A stretch of DNA of 56,867 nt, from NCBI GenBank assembly GCA_030629105.1, contig DAOVPS010000001.1, forward strand, positions 1-56,867, in the 5' to 3' direction. The position numbers were made by a program, and so were the translations under genes. Below are positions 8,523 through 18,135 of the stretch, one piece after another (within the stretch, counting starts at the first letter, position 1; every line of letters begins with the position of its first letter). The notes below the pieces were generated by a model. It worked only from the letters and a program-made list of their open reading frames with translations. It made no database searches and was not told the origin of the DNA. The stretch comes from Candidatus Heimdallarchaeota archaeon. GTDB lineage: Archaea; Asgardarchaeota; Heimdallarchaeia; JABLTI01.

Positions 8523-9512
8523 GTGGTAACCTTCTTCAAAGTAGTAGTTCTTGGTGATGGCGGAATTGGAAAAACTTCTATATGTAATTATTTAACCACA
8601 GGTGAATTCTTTGGTAGTTATAAATTATCAATTGGGGCAGATTTCTTCAGTAAAAGATTAGTGGTTAATGGCGAGGAAGTAACCTTACAAATATGTGACA
8701 TTGGCGGACAAGATCAGTTCGCTGAAATTAGCAATATTTTTACCAAAGGTGCACATGGATGCATCCTATGTTATGATACAACTCGTCGTGATACTTTAGA
8801 TTCTTTAGATCGATGGCTTGGGAAGCTAGAAGATAATAATATTCCCAAAGTCTTAGTCAGCACTAAAAATGATGTTGAAGATCTTCGTGAAGTATTAGAT
8901 GAAGAAGGGATAGAGAAAGCAAAGCTACTTAATATCTCTTACTATATTCCAACAACAAGCTTGAAAGGAATAGGTATTACAGAAACTTTTGAATCTATAA
9001 GCAAATTAATGCTCTTACACAAAAAAGGAATGGATATGCCTGTAACAGAGTTAGTAGATGTTACACTAGAAACACAACTAGAAGTTCATACAATCTCTGG
9101 CTCACAACACATGCAAGCTCAACCTTTAGGTATAGGACGAGTACCTTCAGCAGCTAATCATCTTGAAGCACCAATGGCTCCCGTTATTGAACCAGTAAAA
9201 GAAGAATACACACCACCAGTCGTTGAACCAACTGAAGCAGAACCATCATTTACCCAACCTATAAGCCTAACACCACCAGTTGTTGAAGAACAAGCAGATG
9301 AAAAAATCATTCCTTCTCCAAAAGAAATACTAGGCATAGAACCCCCTACAGAACCAGAAAAAACTACAACACAACCAATTACTACAATTACACCACCAAT
9401 TTCAGAGCAAAAAACAAATGATGTAAAATCCGAAGAAAAAGATATATCCACTTTTCTAGACAGATTACGTCAAGAGAGTAAAAAAACAGAAGAAGAAGAA
9501 GAAGAAGAATGA
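8523..9512 (+). CDS. Ras/Rab-superfamily small GTPase with a long Pro/Glu/Thr-rich C-terminal extension
   Basis: GTG start with GGAG 9 nt upstream. G1 GDGGIGKTS, G3 DIGGQ, G4 TKND, G5 TSLKG. Residues ~190-329 are P/E/T/V-rich low complexity ending EEEEEEE. Confidence 0.85.
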   Translation: MVTFFKVVVLGDGGIGKTSICNYLTTGEFFGSYKLSIGADFFSKRLVVNGEEVTLQICDIGGQDQFAEISNIFTKGAHGCILCYDTTRRDTLDSLDRWLGKLEDNNIPKVLVSTKNDVEDLREVLDEEGIEKAKLLNISYYIPTTSLKGIGITETFESISKLMLLHKKGMDMPVTELVDVTLETQLEVHTISGSQHMQAQPLGIGRVPSAANHLEAPMAPVIEPVKEEYTPPVVEPTEAEPSFTQPISLTPPVVEEQADEKIIPSPKEILGIEPPTEPEKTTTQPITTITPPISEQKTNDVKSEEKDISTFLDRLRQESKKTEEEEEEE

Positions 9513-9547
9513 ATAGGGAACTAAAGCCTCTATTCTATTAATTTTAT

Positions 9548-9904
9548 TTATTGTTTAATTACCCATATTTCTGGATCCTGAGCAATGGCAATTAATTTTT
9601 TTTGTATTGATTTATATTGCTGAATTAATTTTTTGCCATATTCAGTTAGAGAAGTCTTTCCTCCACCACCAGTTCCTCCTCTTTCACTAATCACAACAGG
9701 TTGTTCTAATTGTTCATTGATTTCAGTTATTAGTTTCCAACCTTTCCTAAATGAAATATTACACTCTTTAGTAGCCTCTGTGAGGGAACTAGTACGGTCA
9801 ATTGCCTCTAGAATAGTCATCCGACCAGGACCAAGAATAGAGACGCCTTTCCTTTCAATCCAAAATTTTACTTTAACTGTGAAATCGTGAGGCACTTTCA
9901 TCAA
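9548..9904 (-). CDS. ModE-N-type winged-helix transcriptional regulator
   Basis: KVKFWIERKGVSILGPGRMTILEAIDRTSSLTEATKECNISFRKGWKLI...ERGGTGGGGKTSLTEYG matches the ModE N-terminal HTH layout, including the Gly-rich loop. No molybdate-binding (Mop) domains are present. Confidence 0.7.
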   Translation of the reverse strand: MMKVPHDFTVKVKFWIERKGVSILGPGRMTILEAIDRTSSLTEATKECNISFRKGWKLITEINEQLEQPVVISERGGTGGGGKTSLTEYGKKLIQQYKSIQKKLIAIAQDPEIWVIKQ

Positions 9905-10072
9905 CTCAAGTATTCACTAATGAACATTGCATAAATATTTTATGAATTATAATGAAAATAGAAGAAGAAAGAGAAATAGCTTTATCAAAACAAAACTTAA
10001 AAGGAACAATGAGTAGAGGATTGATATAATTATCAAAAAAGATATAAAACAATTAACCTACCATTACAACTG

Positions 10073-10672
10073 TTGGAGGAAAATCAATTGGGTTACGAAA
10101 TGACAAGACCATCCCAGAAGTGGATTGGCATAGGCTTAGTATTTATAACTTTCGTATTAATGCTCTTCACACTAGCTGTTCCGTATATTAATCATTTTGG
10201 TGAAGGAACTACTAAATATACCTACTACACAAGATGGAATGGTCAATGGAAGCAAGGGCAACAAACAACTTTTAATGATCCAAACTTATTATTGGACTTT
10301 CCTGGTGCCGCACCTTGGTTTATTGGCATAGGACTTTTCATAACAATTATTGGAGCAGGATATCTCGTCTGGTTAACTTATTCAAATAAAGCATGTTACT
10401 TTACCCGGGAAAAACCTGGACCCATAGGTGGTATTGTATCACTTGTTGGAATAATATTCTATTTCATTGGGAATTTTGTTTATGAGCGCTGGGCTACAGG
10501 AACACCACGACCAATAACTGGTTGGCCAGCCGATAAAGACTTCATTGTCTTAGCTGTTCGTTTGTCACCTACATTCTGGGTTGGTATCGTTTTAGGTATT
10601 ATAGTAATAGCATTATGTGCAATGAATGTAATCTATTATTTCGATACTGTATCAAAGCGTCCTGTGAAATAA
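10073..10672 (+). CDS. four-TM membrane protein of unknown function
   Basis: 199-aa ORF with four hydrophobic helices. No family recognised. Confidence 0.5.
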   Translation: MEENQLGYEMTRPSQKWIGIGLVFITFVLMLFTLAVPYINHFGEGTTKYTYYTRWNGQWKQGQQTTFNDPNLLLDFPGAAPWFIGIGLFITIIGAGYLVWLTYSNKACYFTREKPGPIGGIVSLVGIIFYFIGNFVYERWATGTPRPITGWPADKDFIVLAVRLSPTFWVGIVLGIIVIALCAMNVIYYFDTVSKRPVK

Positions 10673-10742
10673 GTGAAATCCTCTATAATAGAGGATTCAT
10701 ATTTCCTTATTCTTCATTTTTAGAATTTGTTATGATAGCATA

Positions 10743-11924
10743 TTATTTTAGACTTCTTTTTATAGAACCCTTGATTTTTGGAAATGTTAAACCACAAGCA
10801 TCACAAGTTTCCCATACAAGACCATCAATTAAATCACCAGTGTTATACCGAATAAACACAGTTCCACGCCAATCGATATGACTAAAACATAAATATCCAG
10901 GTTCTCCTGCTTCCACAGGTTCTAAAGATTTTTTATCCAAAACTTCCCAGTAGAAATACCTTGGATTTAGATGTATGCCACTGTTTTCAGAGCATTCGTA
11001 GAATGTACCTTTAGTACGATTATTTGTATAGCTTTCAATAATTTCAGGTGTTGAACCAAGTTCCGCAAAAAGATTTTTTATCTCAGCTTCGGTTTCTTGT
11101 AATAATGGTTCTCCTGTTAGTAAACAGACTTTGAAACTACTAATTTTGTTTATTTCTTTTTTACTCAATTTTTCTATAGCTGAAGTTAACCATTTTTTAG
11201 TTAAAGTGGGAGTCCCCAAAAACAACTCAAAAGTGATGTTGTTTGCCAATTTAAATTGCTCTTTAGGAGATGTCTGTTTATCACCACAAGTAAAGAATGT
11301 ACCTCCACCGACTGAGAGTGGTGCCCAAACACTTTGGAAAAAGCTAACAGAGGGTGATGCTGGCATTATATTGAAAACCTCCCAATTTGCTCTAAAACCA
11401 GTCATATATAAATGAGCAATTATCTCTGGAATGTTAACCAATAAATCACGCTTTGTATAAGCAATTAAGGCCGGTTGTTTTGAACCACTTGTATTGTGAA
11501 AGTGAACAGGCAACCACTCATTCGCGGCTTCCATTATTATGCGTTCTTCTTCACCAACAGGTTCCTTAGAAAAGACACCTCTGAGATACGTTTTATTAAG
11601 AGATTTCAACCAATACTTGAAAGATTGAAATGGGGATAATGATTCGGTTTCAAAATTGCATTCCCACCAGTTAGGTTCGTATGGTTTTAGGATAAATTTC
11701 TCAGGGTTTTTCATGTGGTCAGATTTTGTGATCGGGGGAATCTTTTGAAAGTCTGCGAGACTATCTATCCATTTTGGATCTATATTATGTGTTTGGAACC
11801 ATTCACGATAAAAGGGACTGTATTTTGCTACAACCTTTTGTAAATAAACAATGAGTCTATTTTCAGCTTTCCTTTTCTGCTTCTCTTTACTCCAACGGTA
11901 GTTGTAAGATGCCAATAATTTCAC
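10743..11924 (-). CDS. adenylate-forming enzyme, phenylacetate-CoA ligase / coenzyme F390 synthetase-like
   Basis: N-terminal YSPFYREWF...LADFQKIPPITKSD and HNTSGSKQPALIAYTKRDL (a degenerate TSGTTG loop) are typical of PaaK/F390-synthetase-type ANL enzymes. Family-level call only. Confidence 0.6.
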   Translation of the reverse strand: MKLLASYNYRWSKEKQKRKAENRLIVYLQKVVAKYSPFYREWFQTHNIDPKWIDSLADFQKIPPITKSDHMKNPEKFILKPYEPNWWECNFETESLSPFQSFKYWLKSLNKTYLRGVFSKEPVGEEERIIMEAANEWLPVHFHNTSGSKQPALIAYTKRDLLVNIPEIIAHLYMTGFRANWEVFNIMPASPSVSFFQSVWAPLSVGGGTFFTCGDKQTSPKEQFKLANNITFELFLGTPTLTKKWLTSAIEKLSKKEINKISSFKVCLLTGEPLLQETEAEIKNLFAELGSTPEIIESYTNNRTKGTFYECSENSGIHLNPRYFYWEVLDKKSLEPVEAGEPGYLCFSHIDWRGTVFIRYNTGDLIDGLVWETCDACGLTFPKIKGSIKRSLK

Positions 11925-12081
11925 CTTTAATTCACTTAATATTATACAATCAAGAACTGATAATTCTTATTCAAAATAAATATTTTCCGAAGAACACATC
12001 ATTTGATAGAGTAGAGTGTAAAAGAATTTAAAAAACAGCCTTAAATTGTATAAATGAAAAACTCTCTTGTTGGTTTCTACA

Positions 12082-13119
12082 ATGACGAAGAAAATTGGTA
12101 TATTAACAAGTGGTGGAGATGCACCTGGTTTAAATCCTGTTATTGCAGGCTATACAAAAACTGCTATAAAAAATGGTTATGATGTCATAGGTTTTCTTGA
12201 TGGCTGGAAGGGTTTAATTGAAGGACACTATGAGAATCTAACCTTAGATCGCGTTAAGGAAATAGTCCAAGAAGGAGGTACTATCTTAGGTTCATCTAGA
12301 ACTAATCCTCGAAAGGAAGAAAATGGATTTGAGAGAATTATTGATACTTTGAAGAAATTAGATATTTATGCCTTTGCTGCATGTGGCGGTGATGATACAC
12401 TCGGAGTTGCTAAGGAACTCAATGAGAAAGGTGCCAATGTTGTTGGTGTACCAAAAACCATAGATAATGACCTTGAAGCAACAGACCAAACTTTTGGGTT
12501 TGATACTTCGATAAATATCGCCATGGATGCAATTGACCGTTTACGAACAACTGCTCGTTCGCATCATCGTATCTTTGTTTTGGAATTAATGGGAAGACAT
12601 TCAGGATGGATTGCTTTAGAAGCTGGAATGGCGGGAAATGCAACTGCAATTATTATCCCAGAATTCGATTATCCATTAGCTGAATTATGTGAATTATTAA
12701 AGAAACGACATGAGGATAAACGCACTTATAGTATTGTTGTTGTCGCAGAGGGTGTTATCTTTCCGGAAATGAAAGAAAAGGTCGAAAAAGCTGGTAAAGA
12801 TTCTTTTGGTAATGTTATTCTAGCAAATTTGAAAGTTGGGGAATTTTTAGCTGATGAAATAAAAGAACGCACTGAACTCCCAGTACGTGCTGTAACTTTA
12901 GGGCATATTCAAAGAGGTGGACCTCCAAGTGCTTATGATAGATTTTTGGGATTAAGATATGGTGCAAAAGCAGCTGAATTAATTCATGCTGGAAAATTTG
13001 GTCGCATGGCAAGTCTTCAAGGAACAATTATTGCAGATGTTCCGATTGAAAAAGCCGTTGCTAAACGAAAAGTTGTCTCCAAAGAATTGTGGTTATTAGC
13101 GAAGTCGTTTTTTGGTTAG
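12082..13119 (+). CDS. pfk: 6-phosphofructokinase (PfkA family) with PPi-type signature residues
   Basis: ILTSGGDAPGLN, GGDDTLG, PKTIDNDL, MGRHSGWIAL and LGHIQRGG. ATG at 12082 is preferred over the TTG at 12067. Confidence 0.85.
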   Translation: MTKKIGILTSGGDAPGLNPVIAGYTKTAIKNGYDVIGFLDGWKGLIEGHYENLTLDRVKEIVQEGGTILGSSRTNPRKEENGFERIIDTLKKLDIYAFAACGGDDTLGVAKELNEKGANVVGVPKTIDNDLEATDQTFGFDTSINIAMDAIDRLRTTARSHHRIFVLELMGRHSGWIALEAGMAGNATAIIIPEFDYPLAELCELLKKRHEDKRTYSIVVVAEGVIFPEMKEKVEKAGKDSFGNVILANLKVGEFLADEIKERTELPVRAVTLGHIQRGGPPSAYDRFLGLRYGAKAAELIHAGKFGRMASLQGTIIADVPIEKAVAKRKVVSKELWLLAKSFFG

Positions 13120-13256
13120 CTTTTTGTTTTTTCCTTTCATGTATACAAGGGTTTATAGGTTTAGTTGTAAAAGTATGTAATTGTATGTAGATTAGTCTTT
13201 TTAATTAAAGAGATTAAACTATAGTTATTGATAGTCTCACACTAGATAGAAAGAGG

Positions 13257-14693
13257 ATGCCGTTTATGATAATAGTATATGACAAAGAACAGCCTGATAG
13301 TAAACCCCTAACATTAAATGTAATTGACACTCATACACACCTAGGCAAAGAAGAGGTGGTAAGGGGCAAAGGTAAGGATTATCGAATTATTAGACCAAAA
13401 GATCACTTAGATTTCTACGAGAAGTTAAAATTCGATGTTTTTCAAAGAATTACTGCTTATCCTGAGGATTATGCTTTCGCTATGCCAGATGATCCCAAAG
13501 ATTTTAGCATGCCAGCAACGGAACTTCAAAAATTGATCTTTCAAGAAAAAAGAACAACTCAAAATTTAGGTTGGTTTGCAGATAAAATCGTCACTTTTCC
13601 ATTACACGATATATTGCTATCTAAGACTGATCCACATTTTAAGAAATCAAATGATTATATATTGACTAGAGCTCAAACTTTAGAATATGGTTCCCGACTG
13701 GTACCATTTTGTAGAGTAGACCCCAAAGATGGAGAAAAAGCTACAGCTGAAATTAAGCGATGTGTCGATTATGGTGCTAGAGGGTTAAAACTTCACCCAT
13801 TATCTGAAGAATGGATTGAAGAAATTGTGAGTGATAAAGTAATCAACGTTGTTCGTACTGCGGTTGATAATAAACTACCAGTAATCTTTGACTGTCAGAA
13901 TTATAAAACAGCAGAGGAAATTCATCAAGTAGCCATGGAAGTACGAGCACAAAGTAAAAACAAAGATTTTACTTTAATTGTGGGACATTTTGGTTTTGAT
14001 TATCTAACTCCAGGAATGTACGAAATTTTAGGTGATCCAAATATTAAAACAGAAACTTCGGGTATGCGTGGGGATGATTGCGAAGTTTTTTACAAAAATT
14101 GTTTAGATCTTGTTGATGATTGGCATTTTTCAACAATGTATGGTTCAGACCACAGTTACTTTAGTGTTCCTCAAGCAAGCGACCATATAACTTTTCTATT
14201 TTCAAATACTGCAAAAGACTTAGGGATTACATTTGAGCATATCAGACACATTTTGGGAATTAATGCTCTCCGAATTTTGAAGATTTATTGGCCTACGAAA
14301 GTGATCGATAGAAAAGGAGTAAGTAAATCGAAAGTTACTTGGGAAGACTTTAACAAAATAAGGAAATGCACAAATTATGAGGATTTAGCAAAAACTGTAA
14401 CGGATTTATCTGAAATTTCAGGTGTGTATTTTAATACAGATTCTTTGTTTGATCCTTCTGGAGAAAATGTCTATGAGGAACTCTTCATTCTTAATATTTT
14501 TGCAGACATAATTGATCTTCGACGCAGTTTCGTCGTGCAACATTCTGATGATAACAAGCTCAAAATTTCAGAAATTACAAAACTTATGGATTTCGCATCC
14601 AAGATAACTGAGATACTGGAATTAGAGGATGAAACATATCCATTCACTCAACAGTATTTGTTTGATTATTTATTGCATCAAAAACCAAAATGA
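13257..14693 (+). CDS. amidohydrolase-superfamily metal-dependent hydrolase (TIM barrel) with a C-terminal extension
   Basis: VIDTHTHLG (HxH metal site), GLKLHPL, GHFGFD and GSDHSY. A ~130-aa C-terminal region is unassigned. The gene ends 33 nt before the next gene. Confidence 0.65.
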   Translation: MPFMIIVYDKEQPDSKPLTLNVIDTHTHLGKEEVVRGKGKDYRIIRPKDHLDFYEKLKFDVFQRITAYPEDYAFAMPDDPKDFSMPATELQKLIFQEKRTTQNLGWFADKIVTFPLHDILLSKTDPHFKKSNDYILTRAQTLEYGSRLVPFCRVDPKDGEKATAEIKRCVDYGARGLKLHPLSEEWIEEIVSDKVINVVRTAVDNKLPVIFDCQNYKTAEEIHQVAMEVRAQSKNKDFTLIVGHFGFDYLTPGMYEILGDPNIKTETSGMRGDDCEVFYKNCLDLVDDWHFSTMYGSDHSYFSVPQASDHITFLFSNTAKDLGITFEHIRHILGINALRILKIYWPTKVIDRKGVSKSKVTWEDFNKIRKCTNYEDLAKTVTDLSEISGVYFNTDSLFDPSGENVYEELFILNIFADIIDLRRSFVVQHSDDNKLKISEITKLMDFASKITEILELEDETYPFTQQYLFDYLLHQKPK

Positions 14694-14726
14694 GTTTAAT
14701 CAAGTCCTAAAAGTAAGTGAAAAACA

Positions 14727-17700
14727 ATGAGTAATCCCTCCAATAAAATTCCAACAACAAAAAAAACCAATACTTTACGTAAATTGGCTTTTTCACATGG
14801 AATTGAGGCTGAGAATTTTATTACTAACAAAAGAGGGGATATACTCGAAGATGGGAAAGAATTAGTTGCAGTATGGGATCAAATGTTTAATGGGGCATTA
14901 AATTTCTTAAAATCCCTTACTAGCAGTTCTACAAATGTGCCTGAATACATTCGCAGAAAAATAAAAAGAGTAACTCGAAAAGATGTTGAAAGACATGGCA
15001 AAATAATCAGATATGTACAAATTCATTATAAATTTAATGGCAAAACAATCGCAATCAATGTTTTTGGACCGGATCCAAATATTTCTCAAATCACATGGTT
15101 ACTTGAACTAGTTACTCCCCCATGTGAGTACTTTGAGGAATTGGATTGGTGGATTAACACTCTCTATTTAGCAGCATCAAGGTCTTTGACGAGAGGATAT
15201 AGCATACAACCTTTAGGATTTAATCCATATCAAACTGAATACCGAGCAGGGGTAACTTGTGGTGAACATCACCACCTTGGTGGATTTAAGAGTTCAAAAG
15301 AAAAGAAAGCCGCGTATAATATGATAAGAGCTTACATTCCACATCTAATTGCTCTTTCTAATACATCGCCGTTTATCGAAGGAAAACCAGATGGCAGAAC
15401 TATTCTGAAAAAAGGAGAAGATGGTAGAACGCTAATTCTAGCTCCTGATTGTGTCAGAAGTCATAGGTTAAAAGAGAATTCAGGACAGCTTGGACCAAAT
15501 ATCCCTGAATATTTACCATATGTTGGACCTTCCTTCACAAGGCAACAATTTTCAAGATATGTAAGAAAGGAAGTACCTGACGATCGATACGTGGATGCAT
15601 TCCCATTTACTACATATGATACTATTGAGTGCCGTTTTTTTGATGTTCAATATGATCAGAATATTAGAAAAACAATCACAATATTACTACAAGCACTTGC
15701 ACTAAAAGCAGTCAAGATTACTCGAGCAGGAAAAGCTGTTCCGGATGTAAAGGGCAACACATTGTATGAACACAGAAAAAGAGCAGTAAATTTTGGTATG
15801 TTCGCCAAATTTCAAGGCGATCCGAGTATAGAATCTTTAGGCGGACAATTTGTAAAACATTATAATCACAATCCCGAAACCGGTGGACCTCCTGGAAAAA
15901 TCTACGAATCATTAAGATCATTGATAATATGGTTAAAGCCCGAATTCGTTGATTTAAATATAAATGAAAACGATCTTACATCCATTTTAATCATGTTGTG
16001 GGGAACCGCAAGAATTGCTCCGCCTATCTCCGCTGCAACTTATATGTTTTATTTGTATGAAAAAAATCATGGGAATATTGCTAATGTAATAAATTCATTA
16101 GCTTTAATCAATGGTAAACCTCGCAAATCATTCTCAGAAGTATTAGGTAGACCTCAATATTCAATGTCAAACCTAATTTCTACAAAAGTAGCAAAACCAA
16201 TTCATACAGCAGATACAACTAGAAGCTCCTTAGCAAGGAAACTACAATTAGAATCAAGACAACGACGCAAAAAAACTATGGTGAAAGAAAAAGCGAGATT
16301 GCGAGCAAAACAAAGTCTTAAAACAAAAATGATTCGGGAGAAGGTGAAAAAAGATAGGAAAATAGAGAAGAAACGACAAGATCGACTCAGACAACTTGAA
16401 AAGGCTAAAAAACCTCCTCCAAGACCTATAAGAGCATCATCTTCTACTAGAACATCATCAAATATCTATAAAACCAAAATACCTGTTAGTAAAAGTAGAG
16501 TTCCACCGAGAAAAACAGTTTCTGTAAAAACTACAAAAAGAACCACACCTGCAAGAAAATCTTCTACTAAAAGTAGAGCTCAGAAAATTTCTTCTAAACC
16601 CATGCAACCAAAAAGAAAACCAAGCAAAAAGGTTAAGGCAAAAAGAGCTTTCCCAGCTAAAAGTGCAGTTAGAAAGCAACCAAGTAAAAAGAAAGTTCTA
16701 ACAAAATCAGCAATTTCTAACAGATCCAAAGCTATCCATACCACTAGGAAAAAACCTGTTCAAGCATATGCATCAACTGCAACTAGAAGCGCATATTCAA
16801 GAAAACAGATCAAACTTCCACAACCAACAATAAAAAAGCGATCGACAACAAAAACTGTTACTAGAAAAAAGAGCACGCCAAAGAAAGCGACTGCATCAAC
16901 AAAAGCTGTATCTACACAAACGATTCTTCATTATGAATCATATAGAGATACTAAGTTCATAAGAAGTTTAACAATATCAAATATGCCTTCAAGAATTGAT
17001 TACAGTACAATTATACCTGTTATTAAATTAAAATGGAGAAAATCAATTATTCAGTCAATGGTAACATACCCAATAAAAATTGAAGCACAAGTTTCTGCTC
17101 TTGAAAAAAGAAACAAGTTTAGAGCAACTGCTTTTCAAGAGACTATTAAATTAGAGAAATCATCCCTAAAAAACATTTGTTACTTACCAATTCCAATTAA
17201 TCTTAACAATTCAACAGGGGAGTTTCAAGTAAAGTTTATTGTTAGAGATGGTAAAAAGAGCAATATTTTAGGGACAGAATATCGAACCTTTAGTCGAATA
17301 AGGGTTCCAAGTGAGAAGAAACATCAGATCACAAGATTAAGTATTCCACCAAACCAAGTTGGAGATTCAAAAGTTAATATTAAAATAAATGCTTCGAAGA
17401 ATAACTCGAGAGGAAAGATTACTCTTTGGGGTATTTCACAACGAGGAATTATGAAATTTTATGAGAAAAAGGCAAAGTTTAGACAAAGAAAAATTTCTCT
17501 AGAAATACCTATTCTTATACCACCAAGTATGTGTTCCTCACAATGGATGTTATATTTAATATTTAATGCAAGAGGAACGAGTATTTCAGCATATACAAAA
17601 ACACCCCCTCCATTATCAAAGGTAATTAATTTTAGTTTAAGTGGTAACCCACCATTAAGATCAAGAGTTTATTCGGATTTCCACGCAGAAGTAACACCTA

Positions 17701-17996
17701 AACTCATCTTTAAGACCAGATGCGAAATCAGTGAAATCGAAATTCTACAAGTTGAAAATAATAGTAGTATGAAAAATCTCAAGAAATACCGATTAAAATC
17801 AAGAATTAGCAAAGGAGAGAAATTTGTTTTGGAATCCTTTGAATGGAAAGCCCCATCAATGCGAAAAGGGCTTTTTGGTTCGCATAAACAAAAATCAGTA
17901 GAATTCTATTGTCGTATTGTTGATAATTTAGGAGAAATAAATGATTCTTTAATTGGTAAAGTTGAAACACCAAAAATTACAGTATTCAAGAAGTGA
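14727..17996 (+). CDS. giant GCS2/YbdK-like carboxylate-amine ligase, then a polybasic disordered linker, then a beta-rich C-terminal region
   Basis: HGIEAENFI, LLELVTPPCE, CGEHHHLGG, IPHLIALSNTSPFIEGKPDG, SHRL and TIECRFFDVQ are GCS2-type blocks (aa ~20-330). Residues ~500-730 (nt ~16224-16916) are K/R/S/T/P-rich. Residues ~730-1089 belong to no family I recognise. Confidence 0.65.
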   Translation: MSNPSNKIPTTKKTNTLRKLAFSHGIEAENFITNKRGDILEDGKELVAVWDQMFNGALNFLKSLTSSSTNVPEYIRRKIKRVTRKDVERHGKIIRYVQIHYKFNGKTIAINVFGPDPNISQITWLLELVTPPCEYFEELDWWINTLYLAASRSLTRGYSIQPLGFNPYQTEYRAGVTCGEHHHLGGFKSSKEKKAAYNMIRAYIPHLIALSNTSPFIEGKPDGRTILKKGEDGRTLILAPDCVRSHRLKENSGQLGPNIPEYLPYVGPSFTRQQFSRYVRKEVPDDRYVDAFPFTTYDTIECRFFDVQYDQNIRKTITILLQALALKAVKITRAGKAVPDVKGNTLYEHRKRAVNFGMFAKFQGDPSIESLGGQFVKHYNHNPETGGPPGKIYESLRSLIIWLKPEFVDLNINENDLTSILIMLWGTARIAPPISAATYMFYLYEKNHGNIANVINSLALINGKPRKSFSEVLGRPQYSMSNLISTKVAKPIHTADTTRSSLARKLQLESRQRRKKTMVKEKARLRAKQSLKTKMIREKVKKDRKIEKKRQDRLRQLEKAKKPPPRPIRASSSTRTSSNIYKTKIPVSKSRVPPRKTVSVKTTKRTTPARKSSTKSRAQKISSKPMQPKRKPSKKVKAKRAFPAKSAVRKQPSKKKVLTKSAISNRSKAIHTTRKKPVQAYASTATRSAYSRKQIKLPQPTIKKRSTTKTVTRKKSTPKKATASTKAVSTQTILHYESYRDTKFIRSLTISNMPSRIDYSTIIPVIKLKWRKSIIQSMVTYPIKIEAQVSALEKRNKFRATAFQETIKLEKSSLKNICYLPIPINLNNSTGEFQVKFIVRDGKKSNILGTEYRTFSRIRVPSEKKHQITRLSIPPNQVGDSKVNIKINASKNNSRGKITLWGISQRGIMKFYEKKAKFRQRKISLEIPILIPPSMCSSQWMLYLIFNARGTSISAYTKTPPPLSKVINFSLSGNPPLRSRVYSDFHAEVTPKLIFKTRCEISEIEILQVENNSSMKNLKKYRLKSRISKGEKFVLESFEWKAPSMRKGLFGSHKQKSVEFYCRIVDNLGEINDSLIGKVETPKITVFKK

Positions 17997-18135
17997 TTTT
18001 TTACACTATTTCGGTCTCATTTCTACTTTCTTTTACTTTTCTTCAAAAAAGTTAAATACAATTGCAAAAGCAGAAAGGCATAGCTATTTGCTCTAGCGAT
18101 TTTTCTCTGCTGTTCTTGAGAGAAAAAATAGGAGT

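Noticed and set aside
9158-9451. 97-aa antisense ORF inside the GTPase tail
   Set aside because: It mirrors the low-complexity P/E/T-coding region, giving a G/S/V-rich product. It has no start context.
18047-18135. Structured leader upstream of metG (stems AGCAGA/TCTGCT and TTCTC/GAGAA), T-box-like idea
   Set aside because: The stems are short and AT-rich, no specifier or T-box motif is present, and T-box elements are not known in archaea.
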